From: Patescibacteria group bacterium
Lineage (GTDB): Bacteria; Patescibacteriota; Patescibacteriia; UBA2591; JAQWAS01
Assembly: GCA_028707495.1 (NCBI GenBank)
Contig: JAQWAS010000005.1
Coordinates: forward strand, 1,065 to 65,064
Direction of reading: 5' to 3'
Length of the DNA stretch: 64,000 nt
Part shown: piece after piece, positions 51,453-63,207 of the stretch
Position numbering within the stretch: position 1 is the first letter of the stretch
Layout: each line of letters starts with the position of its first letter
Position numbers and translations under genes: made by a program
Notes under the pieces: model-generated
What the model saw: only the letters and a program-made list of their open reading frames with translations
Database searches by the model: none
What the model was told of the DNA's origin: nothing

Positions 51453-51494
51453 AAAATTTAAGTTAATTATAATATTATAACTTGGATTAAGATT

Positions 51495-51526
51495 AATTTC
51501 AAATAAAAAATAGGCTAAATAAGCCT
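51495..51526 (-). terminator. Terminator downstream of 5S rRNA (minus strand)
   Basis: aggct-aaata-agcct hairpin followed on the minus strand by auuuuuuauuu. Confidence 0.45.
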
Positions 51527-51593
51527 GATGATGACCCGTGAGTAGCGTTAAAAAACGTTATTAACGGGTCTTTTTATTTTCTCTTAAATTTTT

Positions 51594-51724
51594 CAGTGCA
51601 CAATACCCGGCACCGACCTACTTTCCCCATAAAGAGTATCATCGGCGCTGAAGAGCTTAACTGCTGTGTTCGGGATGGGAACAGGTGTAACCCCTTCGCT
51701 AGAGGTACCGGAAATTCTGCACTG
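51594..51724 (-). rRNA. rrf: 5S ribosomal RNA
   Basis: Reverse complement reads ...cctgttcccatcccgaacacagcagttaagctcttcagcgccgatgatactc.... Terminal helix cagtgca/tgcactg. Ends approximate. Confidence 0.75.
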
Positions 51725-51797
51725 AAATAAATAATATTATAGAGACATAATCAATTCATCAGGTTTATTTAACCTATTTTTATCAAATCTTCTAAAT

Positions 51798-54785
<2,988 letters not shown>

Positions 54786-55097
54786 TTTAATAATTAATTT
54801 TTTGACTGGTATAAAATGTTAATGTCCTATCTGAGATTATCTTTATTTACAACTCAAATTAGATTTAAGTAGTAAATAAAAATAACCGCGATCAGCGGTT
54901 ACCAAAAATATCAACTTTAAAAATTAACCGCTGGGTATTTTGAGTTTAAATTGTGAAACCTGATACATTTATTTAATTTGAATAAAATTAATAAATTAGC
55001 TTAATTTAGTTCCTCTTTATGTTAAACAAAAATTTGATCCGTGTCAATATAGAGTGTGATTTAATTGTGGATAACTTTTAGTTTTAAAAAGTTAAAA

Positions 55098-55181
55098 TGC
55101 CGGAGAGAGGACTTGAACCTCCACGGGATTGCTCCCACTAGCTCCTAAGGCTAGCGTGTCTGCCAGTTTCACCACTCCGGC
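55098..55181 (-). tRNA. tRNA-Leu (anticodon TAG), long variable arm, CCA not encoded
   Basis: Reverse complement gccggagtggtgaaactggcagacacgctagccTTAGgagctagtgggagcaatcccgtggaggttcaagtcctctctccggca. Anticodon stem ctagc/gctag. Confidence 0.8.
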
Positions 55182-55284
55182 ATATAATTAATCTTAAATA
55201 AAAATAAGATCTAAGTCAATATTGTGATTTAATTAAAATTGATTTATAATTTTTATATATAAGATTTTTTAAAAAAATAATTCT

Positions 55285-55644
55285 ATGAAAAATGGTAAAA
55301 AGTTTTTAATTTTTTCGGCCATAGCCGCAGCCGTAGTAGGTTTGGGATCTAAACTTTTATCTAATGATAAAACACGTAAAGATTTAATAAAAATTAAAGA
55401 TGATGTTGGTCGCCTAAGTTGCGATATTAACAAAATGGTTGAGAAAGAAATTAAAAAGGTTGGCCGAGTAATTAACAAAGAAAAATATGATCAAATTGTA
55501 GCCAAGGTAATAAGCGAGTATGGAGAAAAAAAAGTTTTGGCAGAAGAGCTAAAAGAAAAAGTTGAAACCGAAGTAAAATCTAAATGGCAAGAAATTAAAT
55601 CTAAGTTTGATTCTAAGGACGTTGAGGATATTGAAAAAAAATAA
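55285..55644 (+). CDS. Small N-terminally anchored coiled-coil protein
   Basis: 119 aa. N-terminal hydrophobic helix then K/E-rich helical segment. Followed by a terminator. Confidence 0.4.
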   Translation: MKNGKKFLIFSAIAAAVVGLGSKLLSNDKTRKDLIKIKDDVGRLSCDINKMVEKEIKKVGRVINKEKYDQIVAKVISEYGEKKVLAEELKEKVETEVKSKWQEIKSKFDSKDVEDIEKK

Positions 55645-55653
55645 TCTAAATTT

Positions 55654-55690
55654 AAAGCCCGGAATTTTAAAAACGGGCTTTAGTTTTTTT
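55654..55690 (+). terminator. Intrinsic terminator
   Basis: aaagcccg-gaattttaaaaa-cgggcttt + tagttttttt. Confidence 0.6.
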
Positions 55691-55716
55691 GAATAAATAT
55701 TTTAAATTTTAATTTT

Positions 55717-58700
55717 ATGTTTGGTAAAAGTTTTAAAATGTTTTTTATCGCCACCTTAATTTTGGGTGGTTTCTGCTTTAGTTTTAAATTTGTTTCGGCG
55801 GCCAGTCCAGGAGAGGTGGTTATTAATGAAATTTATGGAGGGGGAGGAAATAGTGGTGCAATTTATAAAAATGATTTTATTGAACTTTATAACCCAACGG
55901 AGACGGCCGTATCATTATCTGGCTGGTCAATTCAATATGCAAGCGCAACTGGATCTAATTGGCAAATAACACCACTAACAGATTTTGTTTTATTGCCGGG
56001 GCAGTTTTATCTTATTCAGCAAGACCAAGGATCTGGGGGAAACTTGGATCTTCCTTTACCCGATGTTATAGGAACCATATCTATGTCGGCAACAGCTGGT
56101 AAAGTTGTTTTAGTAAATAACACAATTAAGCTTTCAGAAACTTGTCCAATTGATTTGGGAATTATTGATTTAGTTGGTTTTGGTGCTAACGCAAATTGCT
56201 TTAAGGGTTCGGCTCCAGCCAAAATTCCAAGCAATACAAAAAGTATTGAACGTGAAATGGCTGGTTATAATACAAACGATAACAATATAGATTTTATTAT
56301 TAAAGATCCATCACCACAAAATTCGGGAGGAGAAATTTCGTTGCCAGACGACGACAATGATGATTTAGGCGATGATAATAATGAAGATTCAGACGATGAT
56401 GATGATGACGACGATGATGATGATGATGGTGGTGGTGGTGGTGATGATGATGATGATGAAATTTTTTTACCTGAAATATTAATTCCTAGTCAAAATTATC
56501 GCGCTGGTGACGTGGTTATTAATGAATTAGTGGCTGACCCTGCCGACGAGGAAGTCGAATGGATAGAATTATATAATAAAACTAATTTAACTATTGATTT
56601 GACTGACTGGACAATTGAAGATAATACTGAAAAACCAGTTGATTTAGAAGAGCTAATTATTGAACCTCTATCTTTTTTAGTTTTAAATAAAGACGAACAT
56701 TTTAGTTTTGCATTAAATAACGGTGGCGATGTGGTGCGCTTAAAATTTCAGAATTCTTTAATTGATCAAATAGTCTATGGTAGTTATAACGACGGTGATT
56801 TAAGTGACAATGCACCCCAGGCGGTTGATCCAAATTCAATTGCTAGGATTAGAGATGGGTGTGATACAAATAATGACTTGAATGATTTTAACATAACGAC
56901 AACGCCCACGCCAGGCAAGACTAATTTAATTTCACAAAATGAAAGTTTGGTTGTTGTTGATTATCCGCGCGGTATAATTATTAATGAAATTTTACCCAAC
57001 CCAGAAGGGTCAGATAATTTATTGGAATTTATTGAATTAAAAAATGTTAGTGCCAATACGATTAATTTAGAAAATTGGCAGTTAACAGATCAGAGTTCTC
57101 GGGTTTATACTTTTAAAAAAGATGACTTTGAAAATTTAGATTTATCGGCTAATGGGTTTTTTACCGTTTATCGTGAAGTTAGTAAAATTGCTTTAAATAA
57201 TTCTGGAAGTGATGGTGTTTATTTGCGACAACCGGACGGAACTGTCATTGATCAAGTTGAGTATGAGGGTAAAATTGTCGAAGGCCAAAGTTATTCCTTA
57301 GAAAACGACAAATGGTGGTGGACTTTAAAACCGACACCAAACGCTGAGAATATTATTCAACAACCCAATCAATCTCCCAAAGCGGTTATTAATATGCCGA
57401 GCCAAGCTGAAATTAATCAAGAGGTGGTTTTAGATGCGAGTGATTCGTATGATCCAGATGGCGAAAAATTAAAATATCTTTGGACATTGGAATCAGGGTT
57501 GACAGATGATCGGATGGTGATAAAACATATTTTTAATCAGGCAGGTGAATTTAAAATTAAACTTCAAGTGACGGACGAAAGAGATGATATTGATGAGGCT
57601 GAATTTTTAATTCAGATTGATGATGGGATATTAGAAACGCCAATGGAAAGTTTAAGTGCGGAATTAGCTTTAACTACGGATTTGCCAATGGCTAATTTTA
57701 GTCAAGAAATTATAATTACCGAATTTATTCCTAATCCTGAAGGTTCAGATGAAAATGAGTGGATCGAAATTTATAACACGAGTTTGGTAGAAGTAAATTT
57801 AAACGGTTGGTCTTTAGACGATCAGGCTGATGGTGGCAGTCGGCCTTACCAAATCAAAGAAGATAAAATTATTTTACCTGGCGAATATTTAGTTATTCAA
57901 CGTTCAGAGTCAAAATTAGCTTTAAATAATGATGTTGATTCGGTTAGATTATTAGACAAAGATAATCAAGTCGTGGGTTGGGTGGATTATGTCGATTCAA
58001 AAGAAGGCTTATCATATAATTTATTTGATGACGGTCAGTGGTATTGGAGTGGAGTTATGACGCCTGGAGCAGCCAATGTAGTTGATATTTTAAATCAAGA
58101 ATCAATTGTTAAAACTAGCCAATCGACTATAAATAAAAATCAAATTTTAACTTTACCATTGTCAGAAGTTAAAGTTCAAGAAATAGGCGACCAAATTAAA
58201 ACCCAAGGCACGGTGGCGGTTGAGCCAGGTTTATTGGGTTCGCAAATTTTTTATTTAGCTGGGAGTGGCATTCAAGTTTACTGTTATAAAAAAGATTTTC
58301 CGGATTTAAAATTAGGAGATTATATTGAAGTGGTGGGAACTTTATCTGAATCGGGTGGGGAAAAGAGACTTAAAATTAATTCCCAAGAAGATATTGTAAT
58401 TTTAGATCATAGTGAGGCGCCCCTCGGGCATGAAATTGAAATTGGCCAAATTGGTGATGGTTTTGAGGGCAATTTAGTCACCGTAACCGGCGAGATAATT
58501 GAAGTTCGTGGCAACACTTTTTATTTAGATGATGGTGGTGATGAAATTAAAGTATATATCAAATCCACGGCTAATATTTCTAAAATAAAATTATCAGAAG
58601 GGATGATGGTTAAGGTCACGGGAATCGTGAGTCAAACTTCAAGCGGTTATCGTTTATTGCCTCGTTATGATAGCGATTTTGAATTTAATCAAGATCTTTT

Positions 58701-58845
58701 AGCTGGCGACGCAGCCAAAATGATTGAAGTGGGAGATTCGTCGCAACAAAAAGATATTTTACAATATTTAGTTGCGACAATTGTAATTTTAATTGGAGCT
58801 TTAATCGTTTTGGGCGTAAGGCATCGACAGATAATTAAAAAATAA
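55717..58845 (+). CDS. Large cell-surface protein: four lamin-tail-domain (LTD) repeats, poly-Asp linker, PKD-like domain, two OB-fold domains, C-terminal TM anchor
   Basis: Signal peptide. LTD signatures VVINEIYGG...FIELYNPTE...LSGWSIQ, VVINELVADPADEEVEWIELYNKT..LTDWTIED, IIINEILPNPEGSDNLLEFIELKN...LENWQLTD, IIITEFIPNPEGSDENEWIEIYN...LNGWSLDD. PKD-like DASDSYDPDGEKLKYLW. OB-fold-like GDQIKTQGTVAV...YLAGSGIQVY and GNLVTVTGEIIEVRGNTFYLDDGGDEIKVYI. C-terminal hydrophobic helix + RHRQIIKK. Confidence 0.6.
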   Translation: MFGKSFKMFFIATLILGGFCFSFKFVSAASPGEVVINEIYGGGGNSGAIYKNDFIELYNPTETAVSLSGWSIQYASATGSNWQITPLTDFVLLPGQFYLIQQDQGSGGNLDLPLPDVIGTISMSATAGKVVLVNNTIKLSETCPIDLGIIDLVGFGANANCFKGSAPAKIPSNTKSIEREMAGYNTNDNNIDFIIKDPSPQNSGGEISLPDDDNDDLGDDNNEDSDDDDDDDDDDDDGGGGGDDDDDEIFLPEILIPSQNYRAGDVVINELVADPADEEVEWIELYNKTNLTIDLTDWTIEDNTEKPVDLEELIIEPLSFLVLNKDEHFSFALNNGGDVVRLKFQNSLIDQIVYGSYNDGDLSDNAPQAVDPNSIARIRDGCDTNNDLNDFNITTTPTPGKTNLISQNESLVVVDYPRGIIINEILPNPEGSDNLLEFIELKNVSANTINLENWQLTDQSSRVYTFKKDDFENLDLSANGFFTVYREVSKIALNNSGSDGVYLRQPDGTVIDQVEYEGKIVEGQSYSLENDKWWWTLKPTPNAENIIQQPNQSPKAVINMPSQAEINQEVVLDASDSYDPDGEKLKYLWTLESGLTDDRMVIKHIFNQAGEFKIKLQVTDERDDIDEAEFLIQIDDGILETPMESLSAELALTTDLPMANFSQEIIITEFIPNPEGSDENEWIEIYNTSLVEVNLNGWSLDDQADGGSRPYQIKEDKIILPGEYLVIQRSESKLALNNDVDSVRLLDKDNQVVGWVDYVDSKEGLSYNLFDDGQWYWSGVMTPGAANVVDILNQESIVKTSQSTINKNQILTLPLSEVKVQEIGDQIKTQGTVAVEPGLLGSQIFYLAGSGIQVYCYKKDFPDLKLGDYIEVVGTLSESGGEKRLKINSQEDIVILDHSEAPLGHEIEIGQIGDGFEGNLVTVTGEIIEVRGNTFYLDDGGDEIKVYIKSTANISKIKLSEGMMVKVTGIVSQTSSGYRLLPRYDSDFEFNQDLLAGDAAKMIEVGDSSQQKDILQYLVATIVILIGALIVLGVRHRQIIKK
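56389..56460 (+). repeat. (GAT/GAC/GGT)n trinucleotide microsatellite encoding poly-Asp/Gly
   Basis: gatgatgatgatgacgacgatgatgatgatgatggtggtggtggtggtgatgatgatgatgatgaa. Confidence 0.8.
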
Positions 58846-58885
58846 GACTAGCCAAAATAAATATAAATTTGCTATACTTAAAGAT

Positions 58886-59353
58886 ATGAATAAAAAAGAA
58901 AAGACAAATGAAAATTATAAAGTTTGGCGTAAAGTTTTACACCATGAGGAAAAAATAATCTATCAATTTTCAATTGGCGAAGGTTTTAGAAAATTTGGTT
59001 TAATCGCCGGCGTGATTGTTGGTATTATAACGTCGTGGCTATATTTTGGAGTTTTAATTATTATAGCCAGTATAGTTTATTTTAATTGGTATTTAAAAGT
59101 TGCCAATGTTTATGCTTTTACTGATCAACGAGTTTTAATTCATCAAGGCTGGCTGTCAACTCAATTAAAAAGTGTGGATTATAATAAAATTACTGACATC
59201 CAAGTTAAAGAGCCCATTTTTGATAAATTAGTTTCAGGGACTGGACACTTAATTATTAATACGGCCGGGGGAGATGAAAAAGAAATCGTTTTGTTGCACA
59301 TATCTCAGCCATACGAAAAAAAGAAAAAATTAGACGAGATAAGACAGAAATAA
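58886..59353 (+). CDS. Bacterial PH-domain (bPH_2/YdbS-like) membrane protein
   Basis: Two TM helices followed by ...AFTDQRVLIHQGWLSTQLKSVDYNKITDIQVKEPIFDKLVSGTGHLIINT..., typical of DUF304/bPH_2. Confidence 0.5.
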   Translation: MNKKEKTNENYKVWRKVLHHEEKIIYQFSIGEGFRKFGLIAGVIVGIITSWLYFGVLIIIASIVYFNWYLKVANVYAFTDQRVLIHQGWLSTQLKSVDYNKITDIQVKEPIFDKLVSGTGHLIINTAGGDEKEIVLLHISQPYEKKKKLDEIRQK

Positions 59354-59646
59354 ACTTTGATTTAATAATAAACTTTTAGATATAAAATCCCCTCCTTACC
59401 AAGGAGAGGTGGTCAGCCGGAGGCTGACCGGGGTGGTTCTGTTTAATTTTAAAACTAAAACAACCACCCCCTAACCCCCTCCTTTAAAAGGATGGGAGAT
59501 GGTAAGACTGGTCACTTGAATTCCGCGTATTTATTGCTAATTTTGTAATTTTTAAAAATAGATTCTAATGTTTGGGACTAGAAGTATTTATATCCTTGAC
59601 ATGGATTTTATTTTATTTTAAACTAAATAAGCTTTGGCCCCCGTAG

Positions 59647-59718
59647 CTTAATGGATAAAGTAACGGTCTTCGGAACCGTTGATGTAGGTTCGATTCCTAC
59701 CGGGGGTATTTAGATAAT
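59647..59718 (+). tRNA. tRNA-Arg (anticodon TCG), CCA not encoded
   Basis: gcccccgtagcttaatggataaagtaacggtctTCGgaaccgttgatgtaggttcgattcctaccgggggta. All four stems verified by hand. Confidence 0.75.
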
Positions 59719-59758
59719 AGACACAGAGACGTTATTTGTTATTGGACATTTTAGTAAT

Positions 59759-59816
59759 GTAGGTTCTCACCCAGAGGGTGATCAGTCTTTGACTGAGATT
59801 CCTACCGGGGGTACCA
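59759..59816 (+). repeat. Partial direct duplicate of tRNA-Arg 3' end (T-arm + acceptor) with a 30-nt double-hairpin insertion and encoded CCA
   Basis: gtaggttc[tcacccagagggtgatcagtctttgactga]gattcctaccgggggtacca. Outer 25 nt are identical to 59694-59718. Confidence 0.6.
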
Positions 59817-59874
59817 AAATAATTTACAACTTATAACTTATAATTCAATTTCTACAATTAATTTCTAATTTTAT

Positions 59875-59950
59875 GCGCTCATAGCTCAGCTGGTAGAGCA
59901 GCTCCCTCTTAAGGAGACGGTCGGGGGTTCAAATCCCTCTGGGCGCACCA
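59875..59950 (+). tRNA. tRNA-Lys (anticodon CTT), CCA encoded
   Basis: gcgctcatagctcagctggtagagcagctccctCTTaaggagacggtcgggggttcaaatccctctgggcgcacca. One G-A mismatch at 27-43 of the anticodon stem. Confidence 0.7.
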
Positions 59951-60125
59951 AAATAACTAGCAACCCATAATTTAAAACTCGTAACGCAGAATCCATCTTG
60001 GGGATTTTTTTTGTTTTATCCACACGTAAGGATTTGACTTTATTATTCAGCTGATATAAGATTTTAAAGGAATTTTTAAATCTGATTTGTACATTTAAAT
60101 TAAAAACACCATAAGGAGGTGAAAA

Positions 60126-60740
60126 ATGAAAATATGGAAACCATCTTTTTTTATTGAAGATGAAATTAATGGCGAAGAGATTCTGGAGAATTTGGAGCGG
60201 TATGGCCGGACATGCTATAAGTCCGAGGATAAAATCACTCCGGATTCCGCCTGTAAATTCGTTGCCGCAATTCTTGCAAGCGGTCATGAATCCGTGATCG
60301 AACACGAGAAGATAACGGTTCGGGTCATATGTGACCGTGGCGTAACGCACGAAATCGTGCGTCACAGAATTGGTTCGTACTCGCAGGAATCCACACGCTA
60401 CTGCAATTATGGGTTGCTCGGGGTTCAGTTTATTGAGCCGTTTTTCTTTGTTGGTAATGACCAAAAGTATCAAATTTGGCTAACTGCAATGCGCGCTTGC
60501 GAATATGCCTACAACACCTTGGTCGAGGCGGGTGCAACTCCGCAAGAAGCAAGAAGTGTTTTACCAAATTCCCTCAAAACCGAGATTGTCATCACCTACA
60601 ATCTGCGCGAGTGGAGGCACTTCCTTAAACTTCGTTGTTCAAAACGAGCCCATCCACAAATGCGGGAAATCGCTATCCCTCTCCTTCGGGAATTTAAACG
60701 GCTTATTCCCATCATTTTCGACGACATCGCAGAAGAGTAG
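60126..60740 (+). CDS. thyX: Flavin-dependent thymidylate synthase ThyX
   Basis: ThyX signature RHR-x7-S (HEIVRHRIGSYSQESTRY). Strong SD aaggaggtga. GC content visibly higher than surroundings. Confidence 0.7.
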   Translation: MKIWKPSFFIEDEINGEEILENLERYGRTCYKSEDKITPDSACKFVAAILASGHESVIEHEKITVRVICDRGVTHEIVRHRIGSYSQESTRYCNYGLLGVQFIEPFFFVGNDQKYQIWLTAMRACEYAYNTLVEAGATPQEARSVLPNSLKTEIVITYNLREWRHFLKLRCSKRAHPQMREIAIPLLREFKRLIPIIFDDIAEE

Positions 60741-60766
60741 GTTTTTAATTTACTCTTTTGTCGGCC

Positions 60767-60802
60767 GAGGCCCTTACGAGGAAATTCGTTCGGGCCTTTT
60801 TT
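60767..60802 (+). terminator. Intrinsic terminator after thyX (first of two)
   Basis: aggccc...gggcct imperfect hairpin + tttttt. Confidence 0.45.
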
Positions 60803-60828
60803 ATTAAGTTGGAGGCATTTTCAACACC

Positions 60829-60859
60829 AAAGCCCGTTCTCGGTGAGAACGGGCTTTTT
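60829..60859. terminator. Bidirectional terminator (thyX / HU convergent)
   Basis: aaagcccgttctc-ggtg-agaacgggcttttt. Confidence 0.65.
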
Positions 60860-60880
60860 AATTCAAAATTCAAAATAAAA

Positions 60881-61153
60881 TTATTTTATAGCATCCTTAA
60901 GACCTTTACCAGGTTTGAATTTTGGAACATTCATAGCTGCAATTTTAATTTTTTCACCAGTGCGTGGATTAACACCCTGACGAGCAGCTCTTTTTTTGGC
61001 ACTAAAATTACCAAAGCCAGTAATGGCGACTTCGCCACCAGATTTTAAAGTACCAGAAATAATATCAATTAAGCTATTTAAAACTTTATCAGCTTGAGCT
61101 TTTGATAAATCGTTTTTTTGAGCTAAAACTTCTATAAGTTCTCCTTTATTCAT
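60881..61153 (-). CDS. hup: DNA-binding protein HU
   Basis: MNKGELIEVLA...GFGNFSAKKRAARQGVNPRTGEKIKI, canonical HU/IHF arm motif. Confidence 0.85.
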   Translation of the reverse strand: MNKGELIEVLAQKNDLSKAQADKVLNSLIDIISGTLKSGGEVAITGFGNFSAKKRAARQGVNPRTGEKIKIAAMNVPKFKPGKGLKDAIK

Positions 61154-61324
61154 AAATTCACCTCCTTTCTAATAATTTGTCTAAATCTTTGATTTAGTTA
61201 CAAATTATTAGTCCGCCTCAGGCGGACAACGTTGATTAATGTTAAACCGCTTTAAACGAATAATAATTTATAATTTAGATTCAGACAAATTTTTTAAGAT
61301 TTAAATAATTAATAATTAATAATA

Positions 61325-62119
61325 TTAAATTTTAACAATTTTATCAACCCGTTGGATGGATTTAGCTTCTTTGGTTTTAGGATCAATTTCAATTAATACA
61401 GCATTAATAACAGCCGGTCCCTTTTCAGGAATTAGATGGCTAAACGGCATTTGGGTTAAAAAGGTTTGAATAATTTCTTCTTTAGCCACACCCAAAACTG
61501 TATCTTGACCGCCAACCATACCAACGTCAGTTACATAAGCCGTGCCTTGGTCTAAAATTTGTTGGTCAGCTGTTGGAACGTGTGTATGAGTGCCAACTAC
61601 AGCGGAAGCGCGACCATTAGCATAAAAACCAAAAGCCACATGTTCAGATGTAGCTTCGGCGTGCAAATCCACAAAAATAGCGTGGATTTTTTTACGACTG
61701 TTGATTTTAATAATTTCATCAAATTTTTTAAACGGACAATCGAGATCCTCACGAATAAAAACGCGACCTAATAAATTAATAACTAAAATTTTATATTCGC
61801 CAACTTCAACAATTTTATGCCCTTCACCAGGCACACCTTCAGGATAGTTAGCTGGACGAATAATTGGAATATCACCCTGTTTAAAAACATCCAAGATTTC
61901 ATTTTTTTTCCAAATATGATTACCAGATGTAAAAAAATTAATGCCAGCCTGTTGCATCTCTTCTAAGGTTTTTTGAGTGGCGCCCTTGCCATGAGCCAAG
62001 TTTTCACCATTGGCAATTATAAAATCAGGCTGGTACTTCTTTTTATAATCAGCCAAAGTTTTTTTAATTGCTTGTCGGCCGATTTTACCGACAATATCGC
62101 CGAAAAAGAGAATTTTCAT
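61325..62119 (-). CDS. YmdB-like metallophosphoesterase (2',3'-cyclic-nucleotide phosphodiesterase family)
   Basis: MKILFFGDIVGKIGR...ANGENLAHGKG...GNH motifs of TIGR00282/YmdB. Confidence 0.7.
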   Translation of the reverse strand: MKILFFGDIVGKIGRQAIKKTLADYKKKYQPDFIIANGENLAHGKGATQKTLEEMQQAGINFFTSGNHIWKKNEILDVFKQGDIPIIRPANYPEGVPGEGHKIVEVGEYKILVINLLGRVFIREDLDCPFKKFDEIIKINSRKKIHAIFVDLHAEATSEHVAFGFYANGRASAVVGTHTHVPTADQQILDQGTAYVTDVGMVGGQDTVLGVAKEEIIQTFLTQMPFSHLIPEKGPAVINAVLIEIDPKTKEAKSIQRVDKIVKI

Positions 62120-62173
62120 GGGGTAAAATTATGAATTAAGTTTTTAGGATTAATTTTTATTTAAAAAATGAAT

Positions 62174-62401
62174 CTAATCAATATATTCAAAACGTGGAAT
62201 TTTTTGTCCATTAATTTCTATTGTATCAAAAAACATTGATTGGGGTCTAGCCCATAAAGCGTTTTTGCCAAATTTTTCAGAATCATAAAGTGCCTTATAA
62301 ATCACAAGACTTTCAAGAGTTTCGCTGTGTTTAGCAAGTCCAATAACTTCGTATTGTTTGCCTTTGTAATGTTTGTATTTTCCAAGTTTAAGTTCGGGCA
62401 T
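62174..62401 (-). CDS. DUF1653-domain protein
   Basis: YKHYKGKQYEVIGLAKHSETLESLVIYKALY matches the DUF1653 pattern. Confidence 0.55.
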   Translation of the reverse strand: MPELKLGKYKHYKGKQYEVIGLAKHSETLESLVIYKALYDSEKFGKNALWARPQSMFFDTIEINGQKIPRFEYID

Positions 62402-62405
62402 AGAA

Positions 62406-62912
62406 TTATTTAATCACTTTGTAATGAAGTTGAATTTCGTTCGGTGATAATTGTTTTGTTTCTAATAGTTCTAAGTTTGCTTCAAAATCTTCATTTTCAA
62501 AAACATTTATTCCTTTTCCAAAAGCAATGGGTTCAATATCTAAATATAATTCATCTATAAGACCTTCCTTGAGAAATGATGAATTCAGTATTCCGCCGCC
62601 AGCAATTATCACTGTTTCAAATTTTTTTAATTTGTCTAGCGCTTCCTTCGGTGAATTGGCAATGTAATGATTATTTGCTATTGTTGTGAAGCTTTCGCTT
62701 GAAACAGCAACTAATTCCACATCCTTGAATTCTGAAAATTCAGGTTGTTTTGTAAGTATGTTGTATGTTCGATGTCCTACGATTAAACAACCTGCGTTAC
62801 GAACAGCGGTACTATAACTATTCCATTCTGTTTCAGAAATCCAACTAGTATCGTCATTTTTTTTGGCAATCATTCCATTAACGCTTATTGCCATATAAAG
62901 AATTTTTTTCAT
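62406..62912 (-). CDS. Dihydrofolate reductase-like protein (RibD C-terminal domain family)
   Basis: YMAISVNGMIA...VIIAGGGILNSSFLKEGLIDELYLDIEPIAFGKG typical of PF01872. Confidence 0.55.
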   Translation of the reverse strand: MKKILYMAISVNGMIAKKNDDTSWISETEWNSYSTAVRNAGCLIVGHRTYNILTKQPEFSEFKDVELVAVSSESFTTIANNHYIANSPKEALDKLKKFETVIIAGGGILNSSFLKEGLIDELYLDIEPIAFGKGINVFENEDFEANLELLETKQLSPNEIQLHYKVIK

Positions 62913-63003
62913 AAAGTTATTAAATTATTTTTTAGAATTTTCTTGCAATTTGAGCTTTATCTACTTGAATTTTGTGAGAATTAATTAATGTTTTTATATG
63001 CTC

Positions 63004-63207
63004 TCAAAATGTTTGCATAGAAATAATCCCTTGGCGAGCGTTTGTTAATGTTAAAAAACCTTCTTCTTTGGTTAGACTTAATCCAAGAGCTATTACTCCC
63101 ATATTGAAACTAAGCTGGATTTTTATTTCTTCAGATAAGTCATTCCATTTGTCTACTTGCGTAAATCTAAGTACTTGTTCGCAGGCATGAGTCGTAAATT
63201 TTATCAT
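63004..63207 (-). CDS. Hypothetical small protein
   Basis: 67-aa ORF only. Confidence 0.25.
   Translation of the reverse strand: MIKFTTHACEQVLRFTQVDKWNDLSEEIKIQLSFNMGVIALGLSLTKEEGFLTLTNARQGIISMQTF

Noticed and set aside
51533-51580. Strong plus-strand intrinsic terminator (gacccgt...acgggtc + tttttatttt) between nucleotidyltransferase gene and 5S
   Set aside because: No plus-strand gene lies upstream, since everything from 47700-51452 is minus-strand. It may insulate against read-through from the 16S/tRNA-Ile side or be a decayed repeat-family member. Not assigned.
55064-55072. Perfect DnaA box ttatccaca (minus orientation) upstream of the 23S promoter region
   Set aside because: A single 9-mer is expected about once by chance in 64 kb of this composition. 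There is no cluster.
59360-59816. Possible tmRNA (the CCA-terminated tRNA-like 3' end suggested it)
   Set aside because: There is no 5' acceptor partner other than tRNA-Arg itself, no G-U alanine identity pair, and no recognisable tag ORF or pseudoknots. It is better explained as a duplicated tRNA 3' end.
59886-60473. 195-aa minus-strand ORF
   Set aside because: It overlaps tRNA-Lys and runs antisense to the well-supported thyX. No motifs.
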